A DNA stretch of 63,602 bases, the filler included, from Octopus bimaculoides (lineage: Eukaryota): NCBI RefSeq assembly GCF_001194135.2. It is 6 parts of 5 records of this genome, joined end to end, with 100 filler letters (N's around TTAATTAATTAA, not from the genome) between each part and the next. Parts side by side here need not be neighbours in the genome. Positions count along the whole stretch, not along the records: positions 18,817 to 37,581 come from NC_068983.1; 5 more parts are not named here. The stretch is one strand, 5' to 3'. The first letter of the stretch is position 1, and each line of letters begins with the position of its first letter. Shown piece by piece: positions 24,967 through 36,400 of the stretch. Position numbers and translations under genes: made by a program. The notes beneath the pieces are model-generated. The model saw nothing but the letters and a program-made list of their open reading frames with translations. It was not told the origin of the DNA and did no database searches.

Positions 24967-27289
24967 TATTAAAAGGGGTTGGCTGATATAACAGAATAAA
25001 AATAAAGAAATCATATACATTCTTTCCGGTGGTAAGGTGTTCGTAGACAGCCTACAGAATTATGATAAACATCAAACAACCATATATTAAGGATATATAT
25101 AAGGTGACTTCATTCGAATTTATAAAGAATTAGAAAGTTCTGAATGCTCATAATGGAATTCGATTAGCATTTCATTGTCAGAGAAACGAACAGAGTCGAA
25201 TTTCTTGGAAAATAACAATAAAATCTCGTTAGAAATGATCATATGATCCATACAAACTAGCTGAGCTGAATAGATGACCCATCTTTTCTCAGGTGCAAGC
25301 AACAACATAATATCGTACTTTTTCTCACAAATGTTATACCCGATAATAGATACCATTAGATGTGTGTAATAACACGGATAGCCTCCTCTGCAGTATTGAT
25401 GCATATTATTGGAAAGATGATCTCATGAATATCACAATAAGTGATACAGAAATAATATTACATTGCCCTTGGAAAAGTTTGTGAAACTGATTTGTAAACG
25501 TGAAGTGTTATTCCATGGTGTTCATGTTAATAAGCTGGGTCTTAGCACTGACAAATGGTGGAAATCTGTCCCCTGTGACCAAGTCAATGTAGATCTACCG
25601 TTATCACTTCTACTATTAAGGGTATCTGCAGTGAACGTGGAACTAGTTGGACTAATTCAACCCAATTCCATTTCAGATAATTGTAACATTGGACCATGAT
25701 TGTGCACTGATTTGTAACTTTGTTTAAAATATCACACAATTAAATACAAAACAGATGCAAGGCAGTGGTATCTGCAGTGGAATTACAAGTGACATCGCCA
25801 AAACATTTCCAGTTACTCCACCGCCGATAGGAAAGCTTTACTACGTTGTAACACCACTGGTCGCATTGCACCCACGATGAAACAGTACCTGAATGACTCC
25901 GGGATTTAAAGAAGTTACGAGTACTTGCTAATAATTTCTGACCCATACCCCAAGATATCTTTCATCGTTACCCTTGCGCTCCGCTATTCACTCATATTGC
26001 ACTATATAAAGGCCAATGAGTCAACGGTTGATATTGCTGCCAATGTCCCTGATCACCGCCCTTGTGTTACGTTGGCCCATGTACTATAAGTACAAACTTA
26101 TGGATGTATCAGACTATCTTTACTTACAGTTTTGCTTCGCCATTGATCCTGAAAACTATGCAGATACAATTACTTTAAGCACTGACTCACTATACGGACA
26201 AGATCCACTCACAAGTCATTCTTTGAGAGCATACAAACCGTCCCCTCTATGAAGAAGAAGTGAAGGTATGCCAGCTTTCTCCTTTCACACTCTTAAATAA
26301 ATTTCTCGAACTAGATGATACAGACCCTCCTGACATATTTCTGATACACTAACCGAACAACTTTTTTATTGGACGTGACATTTCTGAAGCTCTGTGCACA
26401 GCGTGCCTTATTGTTGTGGCAGCTGTTGTTATTGAACGAGTTGTCAACATTGCTCTCATTCGTATTAAAGAACTACAGAACATTGCTTCGTTTTGTTTAC
26501 TTGTTTTTTTTTTTTCAAGATGTAAGACGTAAGTTTTTCTTTCCTTTATTTTTTTAGCCTATCCGTTTTCTCTTATCTTTTCTTATTTTTATGTGTTTTC
26601 CGTGTAGCTGTCAATACTTTTGTAAGTTTCTTTCTTTGGTGACGTTTTCATCGACATTTTGTCCTGAATGTCGCTTAACAATAAAGTATTCACTATTTCT
26701 TCCTGTCAAAACTGGGGAAAAAAATTTAAAGAAAACTCAATGAAAACTAATAACTTTTCTTTGAGTCAACTCGAAAAAATTAACACTACCAGTTCTGAAT
26801 CAAGTAAAAAAATGTTATTTAGAAACAAGAGCCTTGGGAAATTTGGTAAGAAAGCATAAAGTCCCGGATTACCATCCAAAGTCATCACTGCATGCGTATC
26901 TATCGTCGTATCAACAGATTACAGTTGTTTAGCAATCATCAATCTTGCCACCTGAGTTTTTCCTTGCTTGTGATTTTGGAAGGGAAATATTTTTAGGAAA
27001 ATTCTTGTATATTCCTGCAGCAGATGTTGTCATTTTTGGCTGCTGCTGCGACATCAATTGTTATTATGGCTGCAGTAACTGAGGTATTTAAAACAGTAAT
27101 AGGTTCGGCTTTCGACTACTTCCCGTAAGACGGAAAACCCTGGGTTGAACTGTTATTCAGCAACTATAACTGTTAGGTTTTCTGCTTCCGACTTCCATCG
27201 ACATCTGCTCACCCTCTTCAAACTAAGAATATTCGGTAACACCGGTAAGACCCACAGATGTAAAAAAAAAAAACAATTGGAACTCTAGC

Positions 27290-27609
27290 GACTTTCCCGT
27301 TCGGCTATGATTCCCACATTCCTCTACCATTGTCCATACTCTGGCCACCTAGCCCTTTGGCCTGCTCCTTCAGAATGTACTGATTTGGTGACACCTGGTA
27401 CGTTGCCACATATGAAGCAGAATCACCACAAATTCTTGATACGGGCAATTTCAGCCACTGCCTAAGCTACATGCTTGCTACCATCATCTATTGGTATCTT
27501 CTCGTTTCACATCCTATCACTACATTTCCAAGCATTTCAATTTTTGCTTGATTCTCTACAGCTGACGCACGTATAGATAAGTATTCTTTTGTGATTCTGC
27601 TCCAAAAAT

Positions 27610-27620
<11 letters not shown>
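27290..27620 (-). mobile_element. Possible RTE-clade LINE 3' relic
   Basis: With frameshifts reads IKQKLKCLGNVVRM.NEKIP...AGQRARW, resembling the RTE C-terminal LRWLGHVVRM..ERIP...A.DR..W. Confidence 0.35.
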
Positions 27621-27624
<4 letters not shown>

Positions 27625-27647
<23 letters not shown>

Positions 27648-27685
27648 AATAATGATAATAATGATAATAATAATAATAATAATAA
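27625..27685. repeat. (CAA)n(TAA)n array
   Basis: Directly visible. Confidence 0.95.
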
Positions 27686-28005
27686 TTGACAAAGCCCTTA
27701 CCCATCAATGGCTAATGGCCTCTGGCTTGAAATCAGAAACAGAGGGGTTTATCATAGCAGCCCAAGATCAATGCCTACCTACAAAGAACTACCAGGCCAA
27801 CATATTAAAGAACGGCGGCTCCCCATTATGTCGTATATGCCAACAACAAAATGAGACCATCGATCATGTTGTCTCCATGTGCAGTCTGCTTGCGCCTACA
27901 GAGTATCTCAACAGGCATGATAGTGCTGCACAATATATTCAGTGGGTAATATGCAAAAACCTGGACTTGCCCCATGATAAAAACTGGTGGGAACACAAAC
28001 ATAAA
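27686..28005 (+). mobile_element. R4/Dong-type LINE fragment (CCHC region)
   Basis: DKALTHQWL..SGLKSETEGFIIAAQDQCLPT.NY...CRICQQQNETIDHVVSMCSLLAPTEYLNRHD...WWEH: the AAQDQ and CxxC..H...C zinc knuckle of RLE-bearing LINEs. Flanked on both sides by (TAA)n. Confidence 0.9.
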
Positions 28006-28022
28006 ATAATAATAATAATAAT

Positions 28023-28317
28023 CGCCATGTGTTGAGAGGAATTCTTTGAGGTTTCAATAACTCACCTCTGGAAACATGAGTGTTTTGTTCATCGTCCTTA
28101 AACAAATCTTATTCAGGCACCTTTTGAGTAGGATGGGCTACTCAACCTGAAGAAAATGTAACTGGGCCCCCACCTGTTTATCTTGATATACGATCACCAT
28201 GTTGCGCACATATGGCTTTGATGCATGTGCCTGGTATACCCTTATCATGATGGATATATTGAGCTTCGTATATTTGTACCCTAGTGTCACTTTGACGACA
28301 TGTATTGCTCTCTCACT
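28023..28317 (+). mobile_element. Family T non-coding repeat, 5'-truncated
   Basis: gccatgtgttgagagg...ccttaaacaa..cttattcagg..ccttttgag...gtacccttatca...ccctagtgtcactttga...ctctctcact, colinear with copies at 28618, 33052, 34264 and 54995. Confidence 0.8.
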
Positions 28318-28494
28318 TTTAAATGTACATAATAGCAAACACCTTTTAATGTCATCTTAAGATTACACTATCATCAAATTACTTTTAAAACAAATTTTTA
28401 ATTTTCTTGTTTTAACCGACAATCTAGAAGAATACTCTGTGCGAAACCAAAGATATGGTGCCCTAATAATAATAACGACTTCTAACTATAATAA

Positions 28495-28575
28495 CTTCTG
28501 ACTTATTGCCCTTTGCTTTCTCTGGGTGAGACTTAGAGTCAACTTGTACAAATGCAAAGCAAGAGCCAAATATAT
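28495..28575 (+). mobile_element. Probable 3' UTR end of another (TAA)n-tailed LINE
   Basis: tctctgggtgagacttagagtcaacttgtacaaatgcaaagcaagagccaaatata runs into (TAA)n; assignment inferred from context. Confidence 0.35.
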
Positions 28576-28617
28576 AATAATAATAATGACAACAACAACA
28601 ACAATAATAATAATAAT

Positions 28618-28918
28618 GATGCAGTACCAGGCAGTGGCTATACCCGGATGCAGTACCAGGCAGTGGCTATGCCCGGATGCAGTACCAAGCAGTGGCTCTC
28701 ATGGCTTCTGATCTTAATTGATTGGAAGTGTTATCATGTACATTGTTTTGTCTTGGTATANNNNNNNNNNCCATGTTGCGCACACATGGTTGTAATGCAT
28801 GTGCCTGGTGTACCCTTATCAGACGGGTAGTCATGATGGGTATAATGGGCTTCGTATTTTTTACCCCAGTGTCACTTTGATGGCATGTATTTCTCTCTCA
28901 CTCAATAATAATAATAAT
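28618..28918 (+). mobile_element. Family T copy with triplicated 5' end, gap and (AAT)n tail
   Basis: gatgcagtacca.gcagtggct at 28618, 28647 and 28676 (29-bp period); ends ...ctctctcactc(aat)n. Confidence 0.85.
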
Positions 28919-28943
28919 GATACATACATACATATATACATAC

Positions 28944-30349
28944 ATACGATGCAACACACACAAATGAAAGAGAAAATAAAGAAAGAATACTATAGACGAG
29001 TTACATCAATTCTAAAAACAGAGCTCAATGCTAAAGAAAACAAGATAATAGGTATTAACACTTTAGCCGTCCCAGTTATAAGTTACAGTTACAATATTCT
29101 TAACTGGACACTAAATGAACTAACCAAAAATACACAGGAAAACATGAAAAATAATGACAGGATCTAGGATGCACCACCCAAAATCTGATATAGTAAGGCT
29201 ATATATATACAACGTATAGAAGGTGGTAGAAGCCTTATACAGCTGGAAAGGTATTATAAAATAACCACTGTAGGACAGCAAAAATACCTACTTCAGAAGC
29301 AAGGAAAATTAATACAAATAGCCACAAAACACGAGCAAAACAAAAAACTGTTTTCAGTACTTAAGAAAGCTGACAAATACAAACAAGATGTCATATTACC
29401 TAACAAATATGAAGAAGAAGAAGAAACAACAAAAGCTATAAGACAAATGAAATCCAAGCTAAAACTAGAACAGCAACGGACTATGATAAGATGATGGCAA
29501 GAAAAGCCCCTTCATGGTAAATACTGGGCTAAACTAAATGCAAAAGAAATAGACAGAGAAAAATCCCAGCAATGGTTGAGATGCTCAGGACTCAAAACAG
29601 AGACTGAAGGATTTTTAATTGCTGCACAAGACCAAAGCCTCCCCACCAGAAATTACCAAAAACATATAATGAAAAGAAGTATAACAAGTAACTGCAGAAT
29701 ATGTGGAGATGGACAAGAAACAATAAATCATATTATCCCTGGCTGCCCAGTCCAGACTAAGAAGGAATATATTCACAGACTCGACAGAGTTGGGACCTAC
29801 ATATACTGGAAGCTATGCCAACACTATGGAATACCAACAGAAAAAAAAGATGGTATAAGCACACGCCAGAAAAGGTCACAGAAAGCGAGAAAGGAACCAT
29901 ACTATGGGATATGCCAATACACACAAATAGAGAAATTAAGGCCAATATAGTTGTCAGAGATCATGAAGAAAATGCTTTCTAATTGATGTATCAATACCAG
30001 CAGATGACAACGTTTCACTAAAAGAAATGGAGAAACTTTCATTATACAATACAAAGACCTGGAAATAGAGGTAACTCGAATGTGGAATCTAAAAACAGAA
30101 ACAATTCTTATCATAGTTGGCGCATTAGGTATGATAAAAAAATATTTAGACAGATACATAACAAAAACACCAGGACTTACAAATATATATAACATACAGA
30201 AAATTGCACTACTGGGCACTGCACACATCCTACGCAAAACACTTTCCATTCAGTAACCATAAGAGCTTCACAGCAAACCACAGCACATACCCAAGGCACA
30301 CAGAGCTGCGCTCGGTAGGGAAGCGAATCACGTTATGAAAATAAAACTA

Positions 30350-30352
<3 letters not shown>
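28944..30352 (+). mobile_element. 5'-truncated R4/Dong-type LINE (RT C-terminus, CCHC, RLE, 3' UTR), pseudogenised
   Basis: MQHTQMKEKIKKEYYRRV..ILKTELNAKN..GINTLAVPV; GLKTETEGFLIAAQDQSLPTRNY; CRICGDGQETINHII.GCP; endonuclease region ..DIVVRD...FLIDVSIP; ends GTAHILRKTLSIQ* (stop 30254-30256), then a ~95-bp UTR and (TAA)n. Confidence 0.95.

Positions 30353-30416
<64 letters not shown>
30353..30416. repeat. (TAA)n array between two LINEs
   Basis: Directly visible. Confidence 0.95.
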
Positions 30417-33040
30417 TACAGGCGGGATAGTAGTCAGCAGAAGATTAGATATCTCAGAGGGAAAGATTTAAAAAAGCAAATGTGAAAAAAGGGGCTTTAA
30501 GACAAGATCTGGGTAGAATAGAACACTGGAAAACAAACAAGTTAGGAAACAGAAGATGCAAATCTTCCCTCGAGAAAAGATACATAGTCAAAGAGAAAGG
30601 AATTAGGACAGTAAAAGAATAGTTGAAACTGTGTATCATAGCAGTAGCAGGCGAGCTCTGTAGATATCAAAAAAGAATAGGTCAGTATCAACAGAATAGA
30701 TTATTTGAGACAGACCAGACGAGATTTTATAACCAAATAGTGGAGAACGAAGTATTGAAGATGAAAAACCTAATGCGGAAGAATCTAGAAAGTTCTGGAG
30801 TAATATTTGGGATAAGTCAATCAATCATAATGGCGATGTTGTATGGTTAAAGAAAGTGAGGGAAGAAGTACTATGCGAGAAGCAGCCAGATCTAAGATTA
30901 ACAGGTGCATTAATGAGTAAAGCGTTTGGAAATATGCCGAATTGGAAGGGCCCAGGAACAGATTTAGTTCAAGAGTACTGGCTAAAAAAAATTCAGTAAT
31001 TTACATGGGAGGCTGAGGGAACAACTTCAGGATTGCCTTAATGGAGGAATAATACCAGATTGGATGACTATAGGGAGGTCAATACTCATTATGAAGGATA
31101 AGAGCAAGGGTAATACAGAAAGCAACTATAGACCAATAACTTGCTTACCATTAGTATGGAAGCTGTTAACAGGAATGCTTTCAGAAAACATTTACGGGCA
31201 CCTTGACAACCAGAATTTACTAACAGAAGAATAGAAAGGTATCAGGAAGAAGGCTAGAGGAACGTACGGTCTATTACATAGAGACAAAGCAGTTCTAAAT
31301 TAAGTAAAAGCAAGAAAAAAAATCTGACAATACTATGGATAGATTATAGGAAGCCTATGGCATGATAAAATATTCATGGATAAGTGAATGTTTGAGTATA
31401 TTTAGCATTGTAGACAACATAAGAGAATTAATTTGCTTTAGCATGAAGAAATGGAAAGCAGATCTCAACTCAGATGACGCACTCTTAGGGAAAGTTTATA
31501 TCGAAAGTGGAATTGTCCAGGGGGACTCGTTGTCCCCTTTAATACTTGTCTTATGTTTGATCCCCCGCAGTTTAGTATTAAAGAAGTCAAAGCAGGGTAT
31601 CAGTTCAAAAATAGTAATGGAAAAATTAACCATTTGCTCTACATAGATGATCTGAAGCTTTTTAGGAAGCCTGAAAAAGAGATAGATTCCTCAATACAGA
31701 TTGTAAGACTCTTCAGCAAAGATATAAACATGGAATTTGGCATTGATAAGTGTGCAATATTAGTCATGAGAAGGGGACAGTCAGTCAACAGCGAAGGCAT
31801 CAAATTACCAGATGGCCAAACATTAAAATCATTGAGTGGAGGAGAGAGTTATAAGTATCTAGGAGTATTAGAATTTCACAGTACTAACTACAGAAATGAA
31901 AACGAAAATTGAGGAGTACATCATAATGGTAAGGAAGCTAAAGGGTAGTATCATTACTTTTATACTCGACAGCTTTTGCAGATTGGACAAAAACTGAATT
32001 AGTAAAGCTAGACAGAAAAACTAGGAAGGAATTCAATATGAATGGAGGACTCCACCCAAGGACAGTAGCAGCAAGATTATTCCTACCTAGAAAGGAAGGT
32101 GGAAAAGGGTTAATGTCAGTAGAAGATTGCGCGGGGTTAGCTAGAGTTGATATTCTCTCCTATGTAGGTAATAGTGAAGAAAGTTAATTAAAAGATGCTA
32201 GAGTCACAGCAAGATATAGGGAAACCAAAACACCAAAAGAACTTAAAAAACAGAAAAAAGAACAGAAATTATCTGACTGGCAAGAGAAGATGCCGCATGG
32301 TTGATTCCCGGATATAGTTGCAGCAAACAGTAGTAGTGAGACATTGTTATGGTTGCAGAAAGTAAAGATGAAAGCGGAGACAGAAAGTTTGTTAATAGTT
32401 GCATAAGATCAAGCATTAAGGACTAATTGGATGAAAGCCAAGACAGACAAAAGCCAAGTAGATTCCCAATGTAGATTATGAAAATTAAAAGAGGAAAGTG
32501 TTAATGCTTAGGGAGAGCAATCCACTAGGTGCTATGTAGAAAGCTAGAATTTGAACATACTGATAAATGGTATGAACATGAACCTAGTAAAGTACTAGAA
32601 AGTAAGAACTACAAGATGTTGTGGGACTTTAGCATTCAGACTGACAGAGTAACAGAAGTTAGAATGCTTGATTTGGTAGTAGTAAAGAGAATTGAAAGTG
32701 CCAGATAATTAACTTTACAGCCTGAAATGATGAAAAAAATAATATGAGAAGTATAGAAAAAGAGCAAAGTACCAGGACTTAGCTATTGAATTACAAAGAC
32801 TATGGAAAGTGCGGGTAAAATGTATCCCAGGTGCATTGGGAACTATCCCTAAAATTCTGAGCAGATGGATGGCGGAAATAGCCATAAAGCCCAGTTCAGT
32901 ATAGCTCCAGAAAACAGTGTTATTAAGGATAACTAGGATACTTAGGAGGGTTCTTGGCAGCATCTAAAGCTACTTGTTATAAACCGATGTTAGGATTCTT
33001 TTCTTTTCAAACAGTCTAACCTGTTGAGAATATATGAAAA
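30417..33040 (+). mobile_element. Second R4/Dong-type LINE subfamily, 5'-truncated, many stops
   Basis: NYRPITCLPLVWKLLTG (~31124); QGDSLSPL; KINHLLYIDDLKLF (YIDD 31640-31651); MEFGIDKCA; YKYLGVLE; later ..QDQALRTNW; WDFSIQTD; KYQDLAIELQRLW; ends LRRVLGSI* (32965-32967), short UTR, (TAA)n. Confidence 0.95.
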
Positions 33041-33051
33041 TAATAATAATA

Positions 33052-33383
33052 ATGTAGTACCAGGCACTGGCTCTCATGGCTTCTGATCTTAACTGATTGG
33101 AAGTGTTATCATGTATGTTTTGTTTTGGTCTAAAAGAAGAGCTACAGTAAATATTTGGGTTTGGATAATTCACCTTTGGAAACATGGGTGTTTTGTTCAA
33201 CATCCTTAAACAAGCCTTATTCAGGGACCTTTTGAGCAAGATAGATTACTCGACCTGCCACTGGTATTGAGCAGAATATTTGGTGTAGCCCATCTTTTAT
33301 ACCTAGACAAAATGATGTACATAACATTTCCAATCATTTAGGTCCAGAAGCCATGAGAGCCACTGCCTGGTACTGCATCAGAG

Positions 33384-33385
<2 letters not shown>
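33052..33385. mobile_element. Two family T 5' ends fused in inverted orientation
   Basis: 33052-33257 is + orientation; 33258-33385 is - orientation and ends ...gaagccatgagagccactgcctggtactgcatcagagc. About 105-bp inverted arms. Confidence 0.85.
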
Positions 33386-33419
<34 letters not shown>

Positions 33420-33435
33420 CATTATTATTATTATT

Positions 33436-33486
<51 letters not shown>

Positions 33487-33504
33487 ATTATCATCATTAT
33501 TATT
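33386..33504. repeat. (TTA)n(TTG)n array
   Basis: Directly visible. Confidence 0.95.
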
Positions 33505-34230
33505 GCCTTTGCACAGCTTCTAACGCTGGAGATGTACTACAGTGTCAGCTGTTCACTACCAGTGAATTAAGGTAACACCTCTTATTTTTCGAGCACCTTC
33601 CGGAGTATTCGAGTGGTTCCAATCAGTGCTGCTTTCTGCAAGTACTCCACCCTCATCGCATCCCCTATTTGTTCCACGTACTTCTCGAGATTTTGTTCCC
33701 AGGTCTCCAACGATTATTGGTACTACTGCTACCTTTTTCATCGACCACAACTGCTTAACTTCTCAAGCTAACCTGCCATATCTCTGGACTTTTCTCTCTT
33801 CCTTATCGCATAACTTGTTGTCAACTGGGCATGTTATATCTATGATCCAGCATAGTTTGTTTTCTTTCTCAATTAAGACTATGTCCGTCTTCCTATTCTG
33901 TATCTCATGGTCGCACTGAATCATAAAATTCCATAGGATCTTTGTATTTCTATTTTCGACAATGCCTTCAGGCTTGTGGTCGAACCAATTTTTTGTTCCG
34001 TCAAGTCCATACTTGTTGCAAAGTGTCCAATGGACAAGCCTGGCTATATTGTCGTGGCGTCTCTTATATTCTTTCTGGGCTAGTGGCGTACATTGGCTGA
34101 TAATATGCCATACGGTTTCACCGTTTTGTTCACATTCTGCACTTATCACTTTCTGATGTGCTGTCTATTCTGTATTTTATGTAGTTTGTTCTCGGTGTTT
34201 GCTCGTGAGCAGCACAGATTAGAGCCTCCG
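33505..34230 (-). mobile_element. Third R4/Dong-type LINE subfamily, 3' fragment
   Basis: TEALICAAHEQ..RTNY; ETVWHIISQCTPLAQKEYKRRHDNIARLVHW; ILWNFMIQCDHEIQNRKTDIV..CWIIDITCP; VVPIIVGDLG. Bounded by TAA-type arrays on both sides. Confidence 0.92.
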
Positions 34231-34263
34231 TATTATTATTGCTATTATTATTATTATTATTAT

Positions 34264-34473
34264 TGAGTGAGAGAGCAGTGTTTGCCATCAAAGTGACACT
34301 GGGGTAAAATATACGAAGCCCATTATACTCATCATGACTACCTGTCTAATAAGGGTACACCAGGCACATGCATCACAACCATATGTGCGTGACATGGTGA
34401 TCTCATATCAAAATAAACAGCGCATGACCTCGCAGGTGGGGCCCAGTTAGAATTTATTTCAGGTCGAGTAGCC
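34264..34473 (-). mobile_element. Family T 3' half
   Basis: (tta)n-tgagtgagagagcagtgtttgccatcaaagtgacactgggg...aagggtacaccaggcacatgcatc...ggggcccagttagaa. Confidence 0.85.
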
Positions 34474-34990
34474 GAGTGACATTTGTTTACTGATCATGTT
34501 TCAAGAACTCTGCGACGAACTTGCCGTTCCAAGCAATGCTGATTTTTGTGTTCTCCCTTTATATTAATGCCAATCTTTTTGAGTCATGCTGATAGCTGAG
34601 TGCTGATACTTCTAAGCTTGCCAATCACTATTGGTATCACGTTCAGTCTTCATTGCCCACAACCTGCGTATTTCCCATTTCAATTCGTCATATTTGTTTA
34701 CTTTTTCTTCTTTCTCTTCGATCTCCTTGTCACCAGGACATGTTATGTCGATTATCTAGAATGGTTTTTCTTTCCTGTTCACCACAACAATGTCAAGTTT
34801 CCGATGTCTAATCTGATGGTCACACTGAAGTATTGCGGCCCACGGGATTTTACAGTCTTCATTCTCAGTAATTCCCTCTGGGATTTGGTGATACCACATC
34901 TTTGATCTTTCTACGTCATAATTACCATAGAGCTCCCAATGGAACATTCTTGTCACATTGTCATGTCGTCTTTTGCATTCGCGTGTCTGT
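34474..34990 (-). mobile_element. Fourth R4/Dong-type LINE subfamily, 3' fragment
   Basis: KRRHDNVTRMFHWELYG..WYHQIPEGITENEDCKIPW..QCDHQIRHRKLDIVVVN...IIDITCPGD; the 5' truncation abuts a TAA-type array. Confidence 0.88.
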
Positions 34991-35089
34991 AATTATTATT
35001 ATTATTGTTGTTGTTGTTGTTGTTGTTGTTATCATCATCATCATTATTGAGTGAGAGAGCTGCGCACGCCATCCGTCAGATAAGGGTTA

Positions 35090-35130
<41 letters not shown>

Positions 35131-35153
35131 CATCATCATCATCATCATCATCA

Positions 35154-35202
<49 letters not shown>

Positions 35203-35219
35203 TACTACTACTACTACTT
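34991..35219. repeat. (TTA)/(TTG)/(TCA)/(CTA) array containing a family T mini-derivative at 35048-35086
   Basis: tgagtgagagagctgcgcacgccatc joined directly to cgtcagataaggg inside the trinucleotide arrays. Confidence 0.8.
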
Positions 35220-35474
35220 AAGGCGGCGAGCTGGCGGAATCGTTAGCGCGCTGGACAAAATGCTTTGTGGTACTTCGCCCGTCGCTACGTTCTGAGTTCA
35301 AATTCCGCCGAGTTTGATTTGCCTTTCATCCTTTCGGTGTCGATAGAATAATTTACAGTTGAACGCTGGGGTCGATGTAATTGACTCATCCCCACGCACG
35401 CCAAAAATTTCTGCCCTTGTGGCAAAATTTGAAACCAGTAGTACTAGTAGTAGTAGTAGTAGTAGTAGTAGTAG
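35220..35474 (+). mobile_element. Full-length SINE family A with (AGT)n tail
   Basis: aaggcggcgagctggcggaatcgttagc (A box), gagttcaaattcc (B box), core gcctttcatcctttcggtgtcgata, tail aaaatttgaaacc(agt)n. Confidence 0.9.
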
Positions 35475-36025
35475 ATAAAACAAGCAGAAGAGAAAATTAG
35501 GAAATGAAATTAAATCACCATAACTACAATGAAAATATTCTTTAAAAAATATAAACAATTAGGAAAGAATTCGCATCGATCATCGTGATATGAGACTGAA
35601 GACACACAATTTAGAGGAATGGTATCCAGCAAAAAGTTAACAAGGCTGAAGACCATCAAGAAGTTGATAACAAAATCTCGAATGATTGATAAAAGAGAAA
35701 AGTAAGCTGCTTAATGCTTCTAAAATATATATACAGCGTTGGAACTCTGAATTAAAAACATAAAAGAAGAGAGAATAAACCAATGAAATAATCCAGGCTA
35801 TTGCAGCAAATGATTTCCATTCTTATTGAGGAAATATATACATGGCACTGAAATGTTTCGTGTATTTAGTTAGGAGGGATGTGTGTGCGTATGTGCGCGC
35901 GTGTGCGTGCGTGTGTGCGTGTGTGTGTGTGTGTGCGTGTGTGTGTTTTTGTGTGTGCGTATCTCCGAGCATAGATGAGTTGAACCACAGGCGCATTGAC
36001 TGCCACATGCATACACAGCATACAC

Positions 36026-36252
36026 GAGCTGGCAGAAACGTTAGCACGCCGGGCGAAATGCTTAGCGGTATTTCGTCTGCCGCTACGTTCTGAGTTCAAA
36101 TCCCGCCGAGGTCGACTTTGCCTTTCATCCTTTCGGGGTCGATAAATTAAGTACCCGTTACGCACTTGGGTCGTTATAATCGACTTAATCCCTTTGTCTG
36201 TCCTTGTTTGTCCCCTCTACGTTTATCCCCTTGTGGGCAGTAGAGACATAAG
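36026..36252 (+). mobile_element. Well-preserved SINE family A copy (alternative 3' end)
   Basis: gagctggcagaaacgttagcacgccgggcgaaatgcttagcgg...gagttcaaatcccgccgaggtcgactttgcctttcatcctttcggggtcgataaattaagtacc. Confidence 0.92.
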
Positions 36253-36400
36253 AAGCTTGCTTCCCAACCATATGGTCCCGGATTCATTCCCACTGTGTGG
36301 CACCTTGGGCAGTTGTTTTTTATTATAGCCTCGGGGTGACCAAAGCCTTGTGAGTGGGTTTGGTAGACGGAAACTGAAAGAAGCCCGTCGTATATATATA
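36250..36400 (+). mobile_element. 5'-truncated SINE family B fused to the preceding family A copy
   Basis: aagaagcttgcttcccaacc...caaagccttgtgagtgggtttggtagacggaaactgaaagaagcccgtcg(ta)n. Confidence 0.9.

Noticed and set aside
28618-28640. tgcagtacc..agg similarity of the family T 5' end to the U2 snRNA 3' region
   Set aside because: Only ~9 nt match; not significant.
28618-28705. Three 29-bp direct repeats as a CRISPR array
   Set aside because: The repeats are contiguous with no unique spacers, there are no cas genes, and the context is a eukaryotic repeat.
35220-36130. SINE heads as functional tRNA genes (also 19640-19707 and 54701-54760)
   Set aside because: A/B boxes are present, but I see no complete cloverleaf and each continues into a SINE body and tail.
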